The notes below the pieces were generated by a model, which ran no database searches, was not told the origin of the DNA, and saw only the letters and a program-made list of their open reading frames with translations. From positions 15,819,045-15,883,044 of the forward strand of contig NC_092680.1 in assembly GCF_964355755.1 (NCBI RefSeq): DNA of 64,000 nucleotides, read 5' to 3'. Origin of the DNA: Antedon mediterranea. Its lineage: Eukaryota; Animalia; Echinodermata. Below are positions 13,911 through 25,133 of the stretch, one piece after another; position 1 is the first letter of the stretch; every line of letters starts with the position of its first letter. The position numbers and the translations under genes were made by a program.

Positions 13911-14362
13911 AGTGGCCTATTATTCAAGGTTTCTATTTTCAGTGTTTATCTGAAACAATATGATATAATTAGGTATTTTGGTGAGGGTTTTTTTAAGGGT
14001 TATAAATGTTAATTAGTTCTTTTTAACTTATTATATTAACAAACACAGTTCAGCAAGTTCATGGTGTAACATTATTCGTATACATCCAGTAGCGAATGTA
14101 CTGTATCATTAAAAAATGATGACATGAGCCCCAGTTTATTCTTACGTTTAATTCCCACGTAGACGTAACGCAGATGAGTTGAACAATGACAAACGACTGT
14201 TTGAATAATCCATCGCTTGTTATTGGTCAAATCCCTTACGTTGCGTTACGTTCTTGTGCTGCATCTCTAGTGGGAACCAAGTATTATTAAATTTTGCACT
14301 CATAAAACAATACTTTTAACAAAAAATCTGACAGATGTGTGTTTAAGTTTATGTGTCAAAAA
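13911..14362. repeat. Dispersed repeat, copy of 1-452, abutting the LINE fragment
   Basis: Direct alignment with window start; probably extends leftwards but the partner copy runs off the window. Confidence 0.9.
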
Positions 14363-15612
14363 TTATTTAATAAGTTGGACACCATTTTCGGGTCTTTTGT
14401 TAGATTTCCATTACTCATTATCTCAATGTTAGGAATTGTGTTGTTTGATGGTTTAAGTATAGAGTTTATAGTACGCCAAGTAGCTTTAATATTGGATTTG
14501 TTTTCATTAAAAAAGTTTTTATAATAATCCACTTTAACACTTTTTAGAAGATTATTTAACTTATTACGATACTTTTTGTATTTCAATATATTAGCGTTGG
14601 AAGGGTGCCGAATGCTCTTGAGATAAAGTTTTTGTTTGTATGAGATGGAGGTTAAAAGCCCGTTGGTCATCCAAGGTTTTAATTTCTTTTTAGTTTTAGG
14701 TGGATCTAACAAAGGGAAGTTCCTATCATATAGGGCTTTGTACTTTACGAAAAAAGTATCATACGCTTCGTCAGGGTCTAATTTATCTAAAACATCATTC
14801 CACGATGTTATTGACAGATCATTTCGAAAGTGATGAATATTGTTTTTATTAAATTTTCTAAATTTACGCTTCACTTTGTCTGTAGACTTACTTGAATTAG
14901 TAATGTTCACAGTGAAAACGGGAAGGTGATCAGTTGCGTCACTAATGACAATGCCGCTCATTGAAGAGTCTAGACTGTTTGAGAAAATGTTATCAAGAAG
15001 AGTGGCAGAACTGGGAGTTATTCTTGTGGGTCTGTGGATAAGAGGATAAAAAGAATTGTTAAATAGACAATGGACAAAATAATTTACATTATTATTTGAA
15101 TCAAATTTTAAAATATCGACATTAAAATCACCTAAAAGAAATACCTTTTTTTCTCTCTAGATATTTGTTTTAAAAGAAGTTCAAGTTGTTCAGTAAAAAA
15201 AGGCATATTAATTTCGTGAGGTCTATATATAGTACCTATTAGAATAGATTCTTTGTCTGTATGCACTTCAATAAATTGTGATTCACAGAAGTATTGAGTA
15301 GAAGTTAAATCATCTCTGGTTGAATAGCGTGTATTATCATTTACAAAAATTCCAGTTCCTCCACATTTATATGAACGAGGATTGCAAAGAAATGTATAGT
15401 TGGGTATCTGAATAAGTGGGCTTGGGTGATCCATCCATGTTTCTGTAATTGAAATAATATTGAAATTAAAGTTTAAAGATTGAATGCAATCATAGATAGA
15501 ATCAACATTTTTTTGCAGGCTTCTGGCATTAAAATGGACACAAGAAAAGTTAAATTAGGTTTTGTCAATAAACTGAGTGTTAAATTCATTTGGCAGGTAA
15601 TAATTCGAGATA
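14363..15612 (-). mobile_element. Non-LTR retrotransposon (CR1/L2-group LINE) fragment: AP-endonuclease domain and linker, no RT
   Basis: Motifs HFNARSL, ISITETW, GGTGIFV, IGTIYRP, GDFNVD, PTRIT..ATLLDNIF, TDHLPVF, KPWMT, KATWRTIN; a 1-nt frameshift near 15135 joins ORFs 15132-15434 and 14356-14961. Confidence 0.9.
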
Positions 15613-15614
15613 TT

Positions 15615-16670
15615 TCGGAACCATCCTTCGTATGTAACTAGTTCTAGAGCTGTTTAAAATAAACATATGCTAATTTGAAGGCGTTACATCAAAACATGTT
15701 ATTCCTTCTTTCTAAGTGCTTTCATTATTTAATTGAATATTGCATGTAATTAAAATGAAACTAAATTAATAATCATTAATGTAGGCCTATCAAAAGCGTG
15801 ATGTTCCAATTAAACGTGAACTTTGCACAATAATGGGCATTACTATAAAGAAACTTTCTTCTTAGGAAATGCCGGAGACTTGCTTACCAAACCACAAGAA
15901 ACTAAATCAGCTAAAAGGCAATTTTAGGATTAAAATATCACATTTTAAAGACATTTTTGAAGAAAAAAAAGAAGCAATACTTTCTTCACAATTTCAACTG
16001 AAAGTTGTTCCAAGGTCAGGTTAATCTTTTAATAACCATTTAAACAGTGTGAAGAGGATATTTAATGATGTCATCGTTTCCAGTTTCTGCCGATAAATTG
16101 TCCATTTAACAATGTATAAGGTGATTGACCATATTAATAGGGCAACATGAAGGGAATAAACTACTGTTGGTAATATCCAAACAGCACTAGGTCACATATA
16201 TACGTAAACTTACATATCCAGGCTCCAATACCCTGGTAAAACTAATAAAAAAACTCAATCTCATATCAAGGAATTTTTTAGCCCTAATGAAACAAAGCCC
16301 ACTTAATCCACTACTCCTCTTTCCATTAATTACAAATGAATGATGTTCACAGGATGTGTTATAAACAATTGATTTAATAATGGCTGTGGCATAATGATAT
16401 AACAATAAAGTGTTATTAGTAAATGTAATTACAATACGAAGATGAAAAAAAGGATATGCCTAAGATTTTGCTTATTTTTCGAATATAATAAATTGTAATT
16501 GTGAATGTGAATCTGTATTGTACAGTCTATATCATTGATCAGCAAATTATAGAGTTGGAGGTTGGTGATATAGGATACTAATGGAGAAATATGGGAGAAT
16601 AGAGGGCGGCAGATTCAAGAAATGTTGTAGAAAAATATATGATAGGCGGCAGCAGACTCCAGAAAAACAT
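15615..16670. repeat. ~1.05-kb duplicated segment, copy C
   Basis: Same orientation as copy A, scattered substitutions and a ~25-bp insertion near 16445-16475. Confidence 0.92.
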
Positions 16671-17862
16671 GAAAGACCAGTGAATGTTTTTCATACTCAA
16701 GCTAAATCAAACAAGTTGACATTTAAAAAAAATACTGAAACTACATAGTCCAAGATTTAAAATACTGAAAATAATGTCTTGACATATCTACTTCCAGAGA
16801 TATAAAGTTTTGGTCGTTACAATCAGTGTTTTGAGAAAAATGCTTTTAAAGTTTATCAGGAAATGACAAGTGGGTAGGCCTACGAAAAAAAAAACCAAAA
16901 AAAAACCGGCGCGTTAAAATGTACGTAAAGGGGTATTCTAATTGTTGCATTTAAATAAAACTTAGCACATTTGTTCATTAACTGTTCTATTATAATGCTC
17001 AATTTTTATTAAAAACAGAACACTCTCAATTTAAGCATAAAACATTATAGGTTTTATGAAAATCATACACAATTTACACCATTTTTAACCAACTGACTAC
17101 ACAAAATGTTAAAATTCCTGAATTAATTTGTCTGAAAATAGAAAAACAAATTTAAATACTATCTGTAAACAACAAATTGTGATTTTCAGCCTTTCATTGT
17201 TTTTAGTTGTCTATACAAAACTACCTAATCGACTTATATCTGATTTCCATTGAGTGTGCCACATATACAGTTAGGGGAAAAATGGAAACATCACTCTAGT
17301 ATCTGGTCATGTTAAAAAGTTGTCAATAATAATAGAATAAAACAATAATAGACTACCTGATAACTCATAGAATGTATGAATCAGCATTTTAATTTTTTCT
17401 TCACCACATATTTTTTTTAACGCGAGAACATTTTGTCTTACAGTTTGTGTCTAACTGTACACATAGTGGACGACTCCATTATATTTTGGTGGCAAATCCT
17501 GACATGGATCCTGTTTTTGTTACTTTTTTTTATAAATATTAATTTAATCATTCCTATTATTTATCAACACCTAAATTATAACTACACAGCAACTGAAAAC
17601 AACATACTCTTTTGATAAAATAAACATAAAACAACTCCCTGTTAGGCCTACACCACAGTTCTCTTTCAGGAATTTAAAACGTGGCTTACACATTTTATAT
17701 TTTGGTTTTTAATTTCTCTGATTGCTCTTATTTTGTGTTAAAATTTTTAACAAAATGTCCGTTTAGTTGATACTTGGTAATTGACCATTCATTCCTTAGG
17801 GTAGTAAGTAATTGAATAAGAAACTAGAATACTAACTAGAAATAACTTTACATTTTGGTAGA

Positions 17863-17901
17863 CGGAAGTTACACTTATTTTAGGAAACCAATCCCACTAT
17901 T
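17863..17901 (+). promoter_or_regulatory. Conserved upstream block of gene 2 (ETS-like CGGAAGT + GGAAACCAAT)
   Basis: Matches 23399-23439 at a similar distance (~150-165 bp) from the ATG while surrounding flank has diverged. Confidence 0.5.
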
Positions 17902-18012
17902 TAATTCTTGAGGATAAACAAATAGAGACAATAATAACAGATAAGCACCAGTGTATTTTAGTTTGAACAAATATTATGTGAGATTTATGTTATATAATAT
18001 ATAAATATTGCA

Positions 18013-19134
18013 ATGATTATGTTACTTCTTATGTTACATCTTTTGGTACCATCAAGTTCAGAAGTAGTTTTTATGAAGGAACCGGTAGATAGTGAAGTTT
18101 TGGCTGGAAAAACGACTAAACGTTTCGATTGTATTTTAAAAGCATCGTCACTTTCGGTAACTGTTAATTGGATTCATACTGATCAGAATGAAAGAGAACG
18201 AGAGTATCCATTTGATGAAATAACGAAAACCAAGGAAACTTACAAAATTGTTGGTAAAACGTCTGAAGGCGATTTTTCACTAATAATTTCAAACGCAACT
18301 GAAACCGACGCTGGGGTCTTTCAATGTAAGGTGCGTCAGGAAGATGGTTTTGTTGCCTATTCGACTAAGGGAACTCTTACTGTTCTGTTTCCCCCAGCTG
18401 ACGGGTACCCACAATGCAGTTCTTCGAAATTACAGAATGGTAAGACAGAACTAAATTGTATTGTAGATTCAAAAGCATCAAAAGTGAATATGAACTGGAC
18501 TAAACGAGGAGAGTCAAAGTCATTAGGGCAAGATGCACAAGTAAGAGAACTCTCGACAACTATAACACTTAACGATAACGACAACGGAGTTGTATTCCGA
18601 TGTAGTATAAGTGGTGAATCCGTAGATAGTGACATGTTCTGTAATATCACTCCAATGAGTCTACCACCTAGTGTGTCGTTTCAAACAGGACTGACAGAAA
18701 CAAGTGTTGCCATAGGTGGTAGTGTTACTTTAAAGTGTGATAGTATTGGAAAACCGTACATATCAACATTACGTTGGTTTTACGGTGATCGTCCGATTGA
18801 AAGAACATCCGGGAGATTTAGATAATCGATGGATGATACAATGCTAGAAATTTCTGAAATTACCGAAAATGACCACGACAAACCTGTCACATGTGAGGCA
18901 AGTATTCCATCTATATTAGCTACAAACATTACTCGATTTCTAAATATTTTCAAAGTCATCACTTTTAAACCACAGACAATTTCACCAATTTCGTCAAATC
19001 AATTAAGTAGCCTGAATGGTTTGTTATTCCTAGCAAGATCAGGAATAGCAGTGATTTTTATTTTTATAATAATTATTATTTGTATGTACTACCACAATAA
19101 AAACATGTTAAATGTAGCTTCTACCATTGGCTAA
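18013..19134 (+). pseudogene. IgSF receptor gene 2, close paralog of gene 3, with one in-frame stop in Ig3 (pseudogene, null allele or secreted form)
   Basis: ORFs 18013-18825 and 18829-19134 are in the same frame and align to gene 3; codon 18823-18825 is TAA where gene 3 has TTA (Leu). Downstream part encodes the rest of Ig3, a TM and a ~15-aa tail; AATAAA at 19218. Confidence 0.85.
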
Positions 19135-19491
19135 AGAACAAAAATGAAAATGGATGGCGACATTGGTACTAACATAATTTTTTTTAATGTAATGTTTGTT
19201 TGTATTGAACTGAAGAAAATAAACCATTGGTAAGTTAAGTGGTCAGAAAGAAACAATTATAAAGTAATACCAACTTATTATTTCATAAATAATTTGTGTG
19301 ATAATTCCATATAGTTTATTCCCTTTTTCAACGTTTTTTTTTTAAATATAGAAATGCTACAACACTGTTTAGTCACTTTTTCCTTAACTTTCCAATATTG
19401 TATATTTGTATTGTTAATTGAAATATAAATAAAGTTAACTATGCTGTATTTTGTTTACAATTGATTGATCTATTGAGAGATTATATACTAA

Positions 19492-19605
19492 AGCTCCGTC
19501 TACACTATTACACTAGTTTGACAAAAAGTGGTACTGATATGCCCAAATACGGTAGTGATATGACTATGTATTTTGTCACATAAGTTTGATAGTATAGACA
19601 GAGCT
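19492..19605. mobile_element. MITE with TAA target-site duplication (PIF/Harbinger-like)
   Basis: taa|agctccgtctacact ... agtatagacagagct|taa; related copies at 26699-26853 and 60859-61010. Confidence 0.8.
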
Positions 19606-20639
19606 TAAGAAACAGTATAATAATTGGAAACATGTGGGCCTAAGTCTATCATCTCTAATAATTAGACAAATCATAGGCCTATTTAAACAAAGAACTATAT
19701 GTTGTATAACGTTTCTACTAAGCTAACCAAAATCCGAATAAACTAAACATTCCTCGTTTAGATCCTCGATTATTTCTATAATTAATTATTTTTAATCAAT
19801 GTTTTGGAATATTTGATTACAGTGATATTAGAAATTCTTCACATTGAATAGTAAATTAGGCTACTGCTAATGAGATTCAGATATTTTCTGTACAAAAAGG
19901 AACAAAACATTTCCGAAAATATACGCGATCTACGAAGAGCCGTGTTTTCACTTTTACTTACTAATTATGAAAAAAAAAAAAAACTGATTAAGCAATACTT
20001 AACTTTTTGATTTCCACAAAATTCACAAGTTTATTTTTAATTTGTATAAAATTTGAAAGTTAATGATAACACTGAAATGGTGTCGGAATTTGATATTTTA
20101 TATATCGATTATCAATTATGCCAATAGATATCAATTAATGATAACTTACAATCGGATTCATAATTGTTGTAACATAACCGATTACTCTTCCATAGGAAAC
20201 TGCGTTTATAAATTGTCGATGGAACTCTTTATTATATTTGTTTATATAATTTAATTATACAAAGCGTAGGCCTACTCTCTGCATATTTGGAAATCTCAGT
20301 GCTAATGAAAAAGAAACAAAATGGAGACAATAAAGACAAAAAAATCTTCTTCATCTCAACAACTGTAGTAACCTAAATATATAAATATTGACTACAACAA
20401 GTACAGTCACTAGTTTGGTTTGTTGCTTTGAGGCTTATTGAGCTAACCAGGGAAGAATGTAATTTCGCACTTCCCTGAGCTAACACAACATTTTCCCAGC
20501 CCAGGCTCTGTTTACTGCACTATGACCTCACCTATATTTACAAACATAGTGCCCTCTATTTGCCAAGATTGATACTGTATTTCTACTAAAACATGGCTCT
20601 GGATATTGGCAAAGCCCTCAAGTTGACCGGATGCTGGCC

Positions 20640-21716
20640 AACTCGTACCCAAACCAACCTTTACCTTATGCCAACTGGTACCAAACTTGGTTTGGTTGTT
20701 TTACATGGATGAATTATTTTGAAAAAGATAATTCCTCCGTGGTTATTAGGAACATTAAACACTTATTTGGAATACCATCGCACCGGTTAGGGATATACAA
20801 TGTAAAAACAATAATAGGCCTATAGGCTAAATAACGAAGAATAGCGCCCTCAAAATTACACCGCAAGTTTTCCAAATCAGTTGTGCTTTTTTTTTGTATA
20901 AGTCTACATATTCTATTATACTTGTAAAGCCAATATTGTGTGCCTGTATAATATCGGTTATCATGAATGTCATCTAAAAATATAGTAACTGGTTACATGT
21001 ATTATACATAATAATGATTATTATGTTCAACACAGCATTAAACGTGGGTCAGTCAGCCACTCATACACATAGCAAAGATAGTGTATAAAATCATAGACCC
21101 GCTCGAGATAGGGCGCCTCTCACGACAAGTAAGAATAGACGATAATGAAACATGGGTATCGCAATGGAAAGAACAAAAATTGTGCTTTTGGTAATACTTT
21201 GTAAAAAAAAAAAAAAAAAACATCAAACTTCTATTTTTGTTGTTATTTATTATAAATATAAATGTTTTTTCATAGATAATATATATATTTTAAGATAAAA
21301 GTTATTGTGATGTTTTCATACTGTTCTTTGGGTATTTTTAATTGTCAATACATTTATTTGAGGAAATATGAACACAAATTTGTATTCCAAAGCATAAACA
21401 TATGATTAATTTGCACTTTCTATAAAGATAACATTACATTATATGCTAATTCGTATCAAATCTTTAATTTTACAATCATATTATTCTACTGTTATATAGC
21501 CTATTTCCTAACGTTCCGTATCCCTACTAACTAGACGTGCGAGGAATTTGAGCCCCAAAGTGTCTCGCGTTTATTTGCATTGATGAAATAGGAAGTGTGA
21601 TATCTTCCTACTATTGACCGTGGAAGAATAACTAACCTAGCTACTCTTACGTAGCTCCTGATGGGTACTAGTAAGCCAACATTAGGTACTAGTGAGCCAA
21701 ACTTTGGGTACGAGTT
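20640..21716. mobile_element. Possible ~1.1-kb non-autonomous DNA transposon remnant
   Basis: Perfect 14-bp inverted pair aactcgtacccaaa (20640) / tttgggtacgagtt (21703) with subterminal ggtactagt repeats; no TSD identified. Confidence 0.35.
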
Positions 21717-21795
21717 ATAACGGATATTATTTAGGTTGCGTCTAGCGCCACCAACTGTTATGCCGATATACAGTAGTACATTTTGTCCAATAATG

Positions 21796-21886
21796 TTTTT
21801 AGTCACGTGCAAACGCGACTCTAAAGCTCACTATTTCACTAACTCAAATTTGCGCACGCGACTACAGCCATGTATATGGTCTTATT
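21796..21886 (+). mobile_element. Helentron-associated (HINE/DINE-1-like) element, microsatellite-less copy
   Basis: ttttt-agtcacgt..acgcgact 5' inverted repeat, 3' cacgcgact, terminal hairpin gccatgtatatggt. Confidence 0.6.
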
Positions 21887-22906
21887 CTAATTGTAAAGAC
21901 GAGCATATGATAGGGATTTTTGATTAGTACTAACGGTATAATTAGGTAATGGCCTACATACAGTGTGGAATTGATTTTGCGCATGTGTGTTAAGAATTAC
22001 TGCATTTTGTAAATTTATAGGAACATTTTGTAACCTTTAACTTTGGCCACATCGTCACATTAATATGTTATTAAACCATGACCGACCTACAGTCCAGTGA
22101 CGTCTACTTCATTCTTACCATATATAGCAGTAACAAGATAGACCTACTATGAAAGACGAGGCCTACGACTTAAGTAGGCGTATCGTCACATATCCACCCC
22201 TACGCAACGCTACAAACACACCCAAATTATTTTATTGTTTACAAAAATAATCCAATAAAGACAGAATAAATAATATTATTATTATAATAATACAGAATAA
22301 TATTTAAATGTATTTTTTAACTGAACAGTTCCGATTATAAAACAAGATCGGAAACTGTTTGACAGTAAGTATTGGTTTTATATGGTATTTGGTGTGCTTA
22401 TCAGATTGAAAACGATTTTCATTATTTTGCAGGTCAAGTATACTTTGGTCAAATACGATGCCATTTTACGATTCGCACGGCAATACAATTATTTATATTA
22501 TAGTTTTGTCTATGAATCGGCCTTGTAATTTGATACCTGAAATATCTTTTAAATGCAAAATTAAATCGAAAAAACATATTTGAATTGTAATTGAATTATA
22601 GCACAATTATTTCTGTGTATATATGGCAAGAATACATAGGTTTGTATTGTAATTTGCTTTGTTCGCTAGATCGATATACAAGTTTATTAGTTCATAGTAT
22701 AGGTTGTATTTATTATAGGCCTACATTAAAATAATTGTTATTAACATACTGAAAGGAAATATTAAAATAAACATGTTGAGTCGAGTGGTCGAGCGGTGAA
22801 GGCAAGGGCGCCACGAATAATAAGAAATGAAATTGGCAATGGTTCACTCCTCACCACCTCGACCATTATCCAGGTGTCCTACCATGGTAGGAAATAAACT
22901 GGAGGT

Positions 22907-23122
22907 GTTCGGTAACCCTTGTGTGCTGGTCAATATTGGACCGTTCGGTAACCCTTGTGTGCTAGTCAATATTGGCCCGTTCGGTAACCCTTGTGTGCTG
23001 GTCAATATTGGCCCGTTCGGTAACCCTTGTGTGCTGGTCAATATTGGCCCGTTCGGTAACCATTGTGTGCTGGTCAATATTGGCCCGTTCGGTAACCCTT
23101 GTGTGCTGGTCAATATTGGCCC
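22907..23122. repeat. Minisatellite, 6 x 36 bp
   Basis: Unit gttcggtaacccttgtgtgctggtcaatattggccc, head to tail with 3 substitutions in total and no spacers. Confidence 0.97.
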
Positions 23123-23398
23123 GATGGGGCTGCCGGGGTTGAGGAACTAAACAGATATTTGCCTATAAAACACATGCGTGACGTGAAAAAAAAAATTCAT
23201 CTGTACTATGTGTTTGACCCATTGGCAGATAAATACACACCAAATTAACATTATGTAAAGATAAAAACAATGAAAAGATAAAAACGGAAATCAACTCCGA
23301 CTAAAGGTAAGATTTACATTGTAGAATTAAATCTACCTTGCCATCGAACCATATTATTTTGAAATATTTTTTGCACAGTGATTTCAGAGTGTAGTAGT

Positions 23399-23439
23399 CG
23401 GAAGTGACACAAGGATTTTCGGAAACCAATTCCGCTATT
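23399..23439 (+). promoter_or_regulatory. Conserved upstream block of gene 3 (ETS-like CGGAAGT + GGAAACCAAT)
   Basis: cggaagtgacac..ttttcggaaaccaattccgctatt versus cggaagttacac..tttaggaaaccaatcccactatt in gene 2. Confidence 0.5.
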
Positions 23440-23561
23440 GACACTGCTGCTGATAAACAGTACAGCAAATTAAGAATCAGAGACAATAATTTGTCGGCGT
23501 GTTGACATTTATAATTTGAACCGTACTATTCTATATAAGAAATTGATATACTGATATTACC

Positions 23562-25133
23562 ATGTTTATTTTATTACTTATGGTGATGGTTCTTTTGGTT
23601 CCATCAAGTACTGAAGTCATTTTTATGAAGGAGCCGGTAGACAGTGAAGTTTTGGCCGGAAAAACTACTGAACGTTTCGATTGTATTTTAAAAGCATCGT
23701 CACTTTCGGGCTTAAGTGTTAATTGGATTCATATTGATCAGAATGAAAGAGAACGAGAGTATCCATTTGATGAAATAACGAAAACCAAGGAAACTTACAC
23801 AATTGTTGGTAAAACGTCTGAAGGCGATTTTTCACTAATAATTTCGAACGCAACTGAAACCGACGCTGGGGTCTTTCAATGTAAGGTACGTCAGGAAGAT
23901 GGTGTTGTTTTCTATTCGACTAAGGGAACTCTTACTGTTCTGTTTCCTCCAGCTGACGGATACCCACAATGCAGTTCTTCGAAATTACAGAATGGTAAAA
24001 CAGAACTAAATTGTATTGTAGATTCAAAAGCATCAAAAGTGAATATGAACTGGACTAAACGAGGAGATTCAAAATCATTAGGGCAAGATGCACAAGTCAG
24101 AGAACTCTCGACAACTATAACACTTAACGATAACGACAACGGAGTTGTATTCCGATGTAGTATAAGTGGTGAATCCGTAGATAGTGACATGTTCTGTAAT
24201 ATCACTCCAATGAGTCTACCACCTAGTGTGTTGTTTCGAACAGGACTGACAGAAACCAGTGCTGCTATAGGTGGTAGTGTTACCTTAAAGTGTGATAGTA
24301 TTGGAAAACCGTACATATCAAAATTACGTTGGTTTTACGGTGATCGTCCGATTGTAAGAACATCCGGGCGATTTAGATTATCGATGGATGATACAATGCT
24401 AGAAATTTCTGAAATTACCGAAAATGACCACGACAAACCTGTCACATGTGAGGCAAGTATTCCATCTGGATTAGCTACAAACATTACTCGATTTCTAAAT
24501 ATTTTCAAAGTCGTCACTTTTAAACCACAGACAATGTCACCAGCGTCAAATCATCAGTTGAGCAGTCAAAACAGTTTACTAATCCTAGTAATGTCAGGAT
24601 TATCAGCGATTTTTATTTTATTGATAATTATTGTTTGTATGTGCTACGAAAAAATTAACAGGTTAAAACAAGTAAAGACAGCGTATCCAATAAGCAATGG
24701 GCTTATTTTAAGGATGCATACTGATTCACCGAGGGATTCCATAATAAATAGTCACAGAAACTCGTTTGCTAACGATTTCCCTATGGTGGACGAAGTTACT
24801 AAAGCCAGTACATTACCAGCCCAGCCCATCGGATTCCAGACGATGGTTTGTTACCAAGCAGGACCTGATTCCCCGGCTATATGTTATCCTATATCATCTC
24901 ATGTATCAACCCCGGTATCGGAAAAATCTTCACATGTTACTAATCCATATTTCAAAAATGCATCTAAGCATAAGAAATCGGCTTCATTTTCTAATGGAAA
25001 ACGGCGTGATTCGAAATGCAAACCTAATGAAAAAACCTCTGATGTTCAGTTTACTTCAATGCATTCTCTAAGCAATGTTTATGATAGTATACCGGTGGCA
25101 AAGAAACCGCTTGAACGTACTGGTTCACTGTAG
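23562..25133 (+). CDS. IgSF receptor gene 3: signal peptide, 3 Ig domains (V, C2-like, I/C2-like), TM, ~160-aa Ser-rich tail with tyrosines
   Basis: 523-aa ORF; leader MFILLLMVMVLLVPSST; FDCIL..VNW..FSLIISNATETDAGVFQC; PPADGYPQC..LNC..MNW..FRC..MFCNITP; VTLKC..LRWFY..VTCEA; TM LLILVMSGLSAIFILLIIIVCMCY; distal NVYDSI; AATAAA at 25223. Confidence 0.92.
   Translation: MFILLLMVMVLLVPSSTEVIFMKEPVDSEVLAGKTTERFDCILKASSLSGLSVNWIHIDQNEREREYPFDEITKTKETYTIVGKTSEGDFSLIISNATETDAGVFQCKVRQEDGVVFYSTKGTLTVLFPPADGYPQCSSSKLQNGKTELNCIVDSKASKVNMNWTKRGDSKSLGQDAQVRELSTTITLNDNDNGVVFRCSISGESVDSDMFCNITPMSLPPSVLFRTGLTETSAAIGGSVTLKCDSIGKPYISKLRWFYGDRPIVRTSGRFRLSMDDTMLEISEITENDHDKPVTCEASIPSGLATNITRFLNIFKVVTFKPQTMSPASNHQLSSQNSLLILVMSGLSAIFILLIIIVCMCYEKINRLKQVKTAYPISNGLILRMHTDSPRDSIINSHRNSFANDFPMVDEVTKASTLPAQPIGFQTMVCYQAGPDSPAICYPISSHVSTPVSEKSSHVTNPYFKNASKHKKSASFSNGKRRDSKCKPNEKTSDVQFTSMHSLSNVYDSIPVAKKPLERTGSL

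Noticed and set aside
22907-23122. 36-bp repeats as a CRISPR array; ORFs 22827-23150 and 22844-23113
   Set aside because: Units are contiguous with no unique spacers, no cas genes, eukaryotic context; ORFs merely translate the repeat.
24646-25133. Canonical ITIM/ITAM or class I PDZ motifs in the tails
   Set aside because: NVYDSI and QLYSHV lack the -2 I/V/L/S residue, no YxxL/I-x6-8-YxxL/I pair was seen, and C-termini TGSL and TPSV lack S/T at -2.
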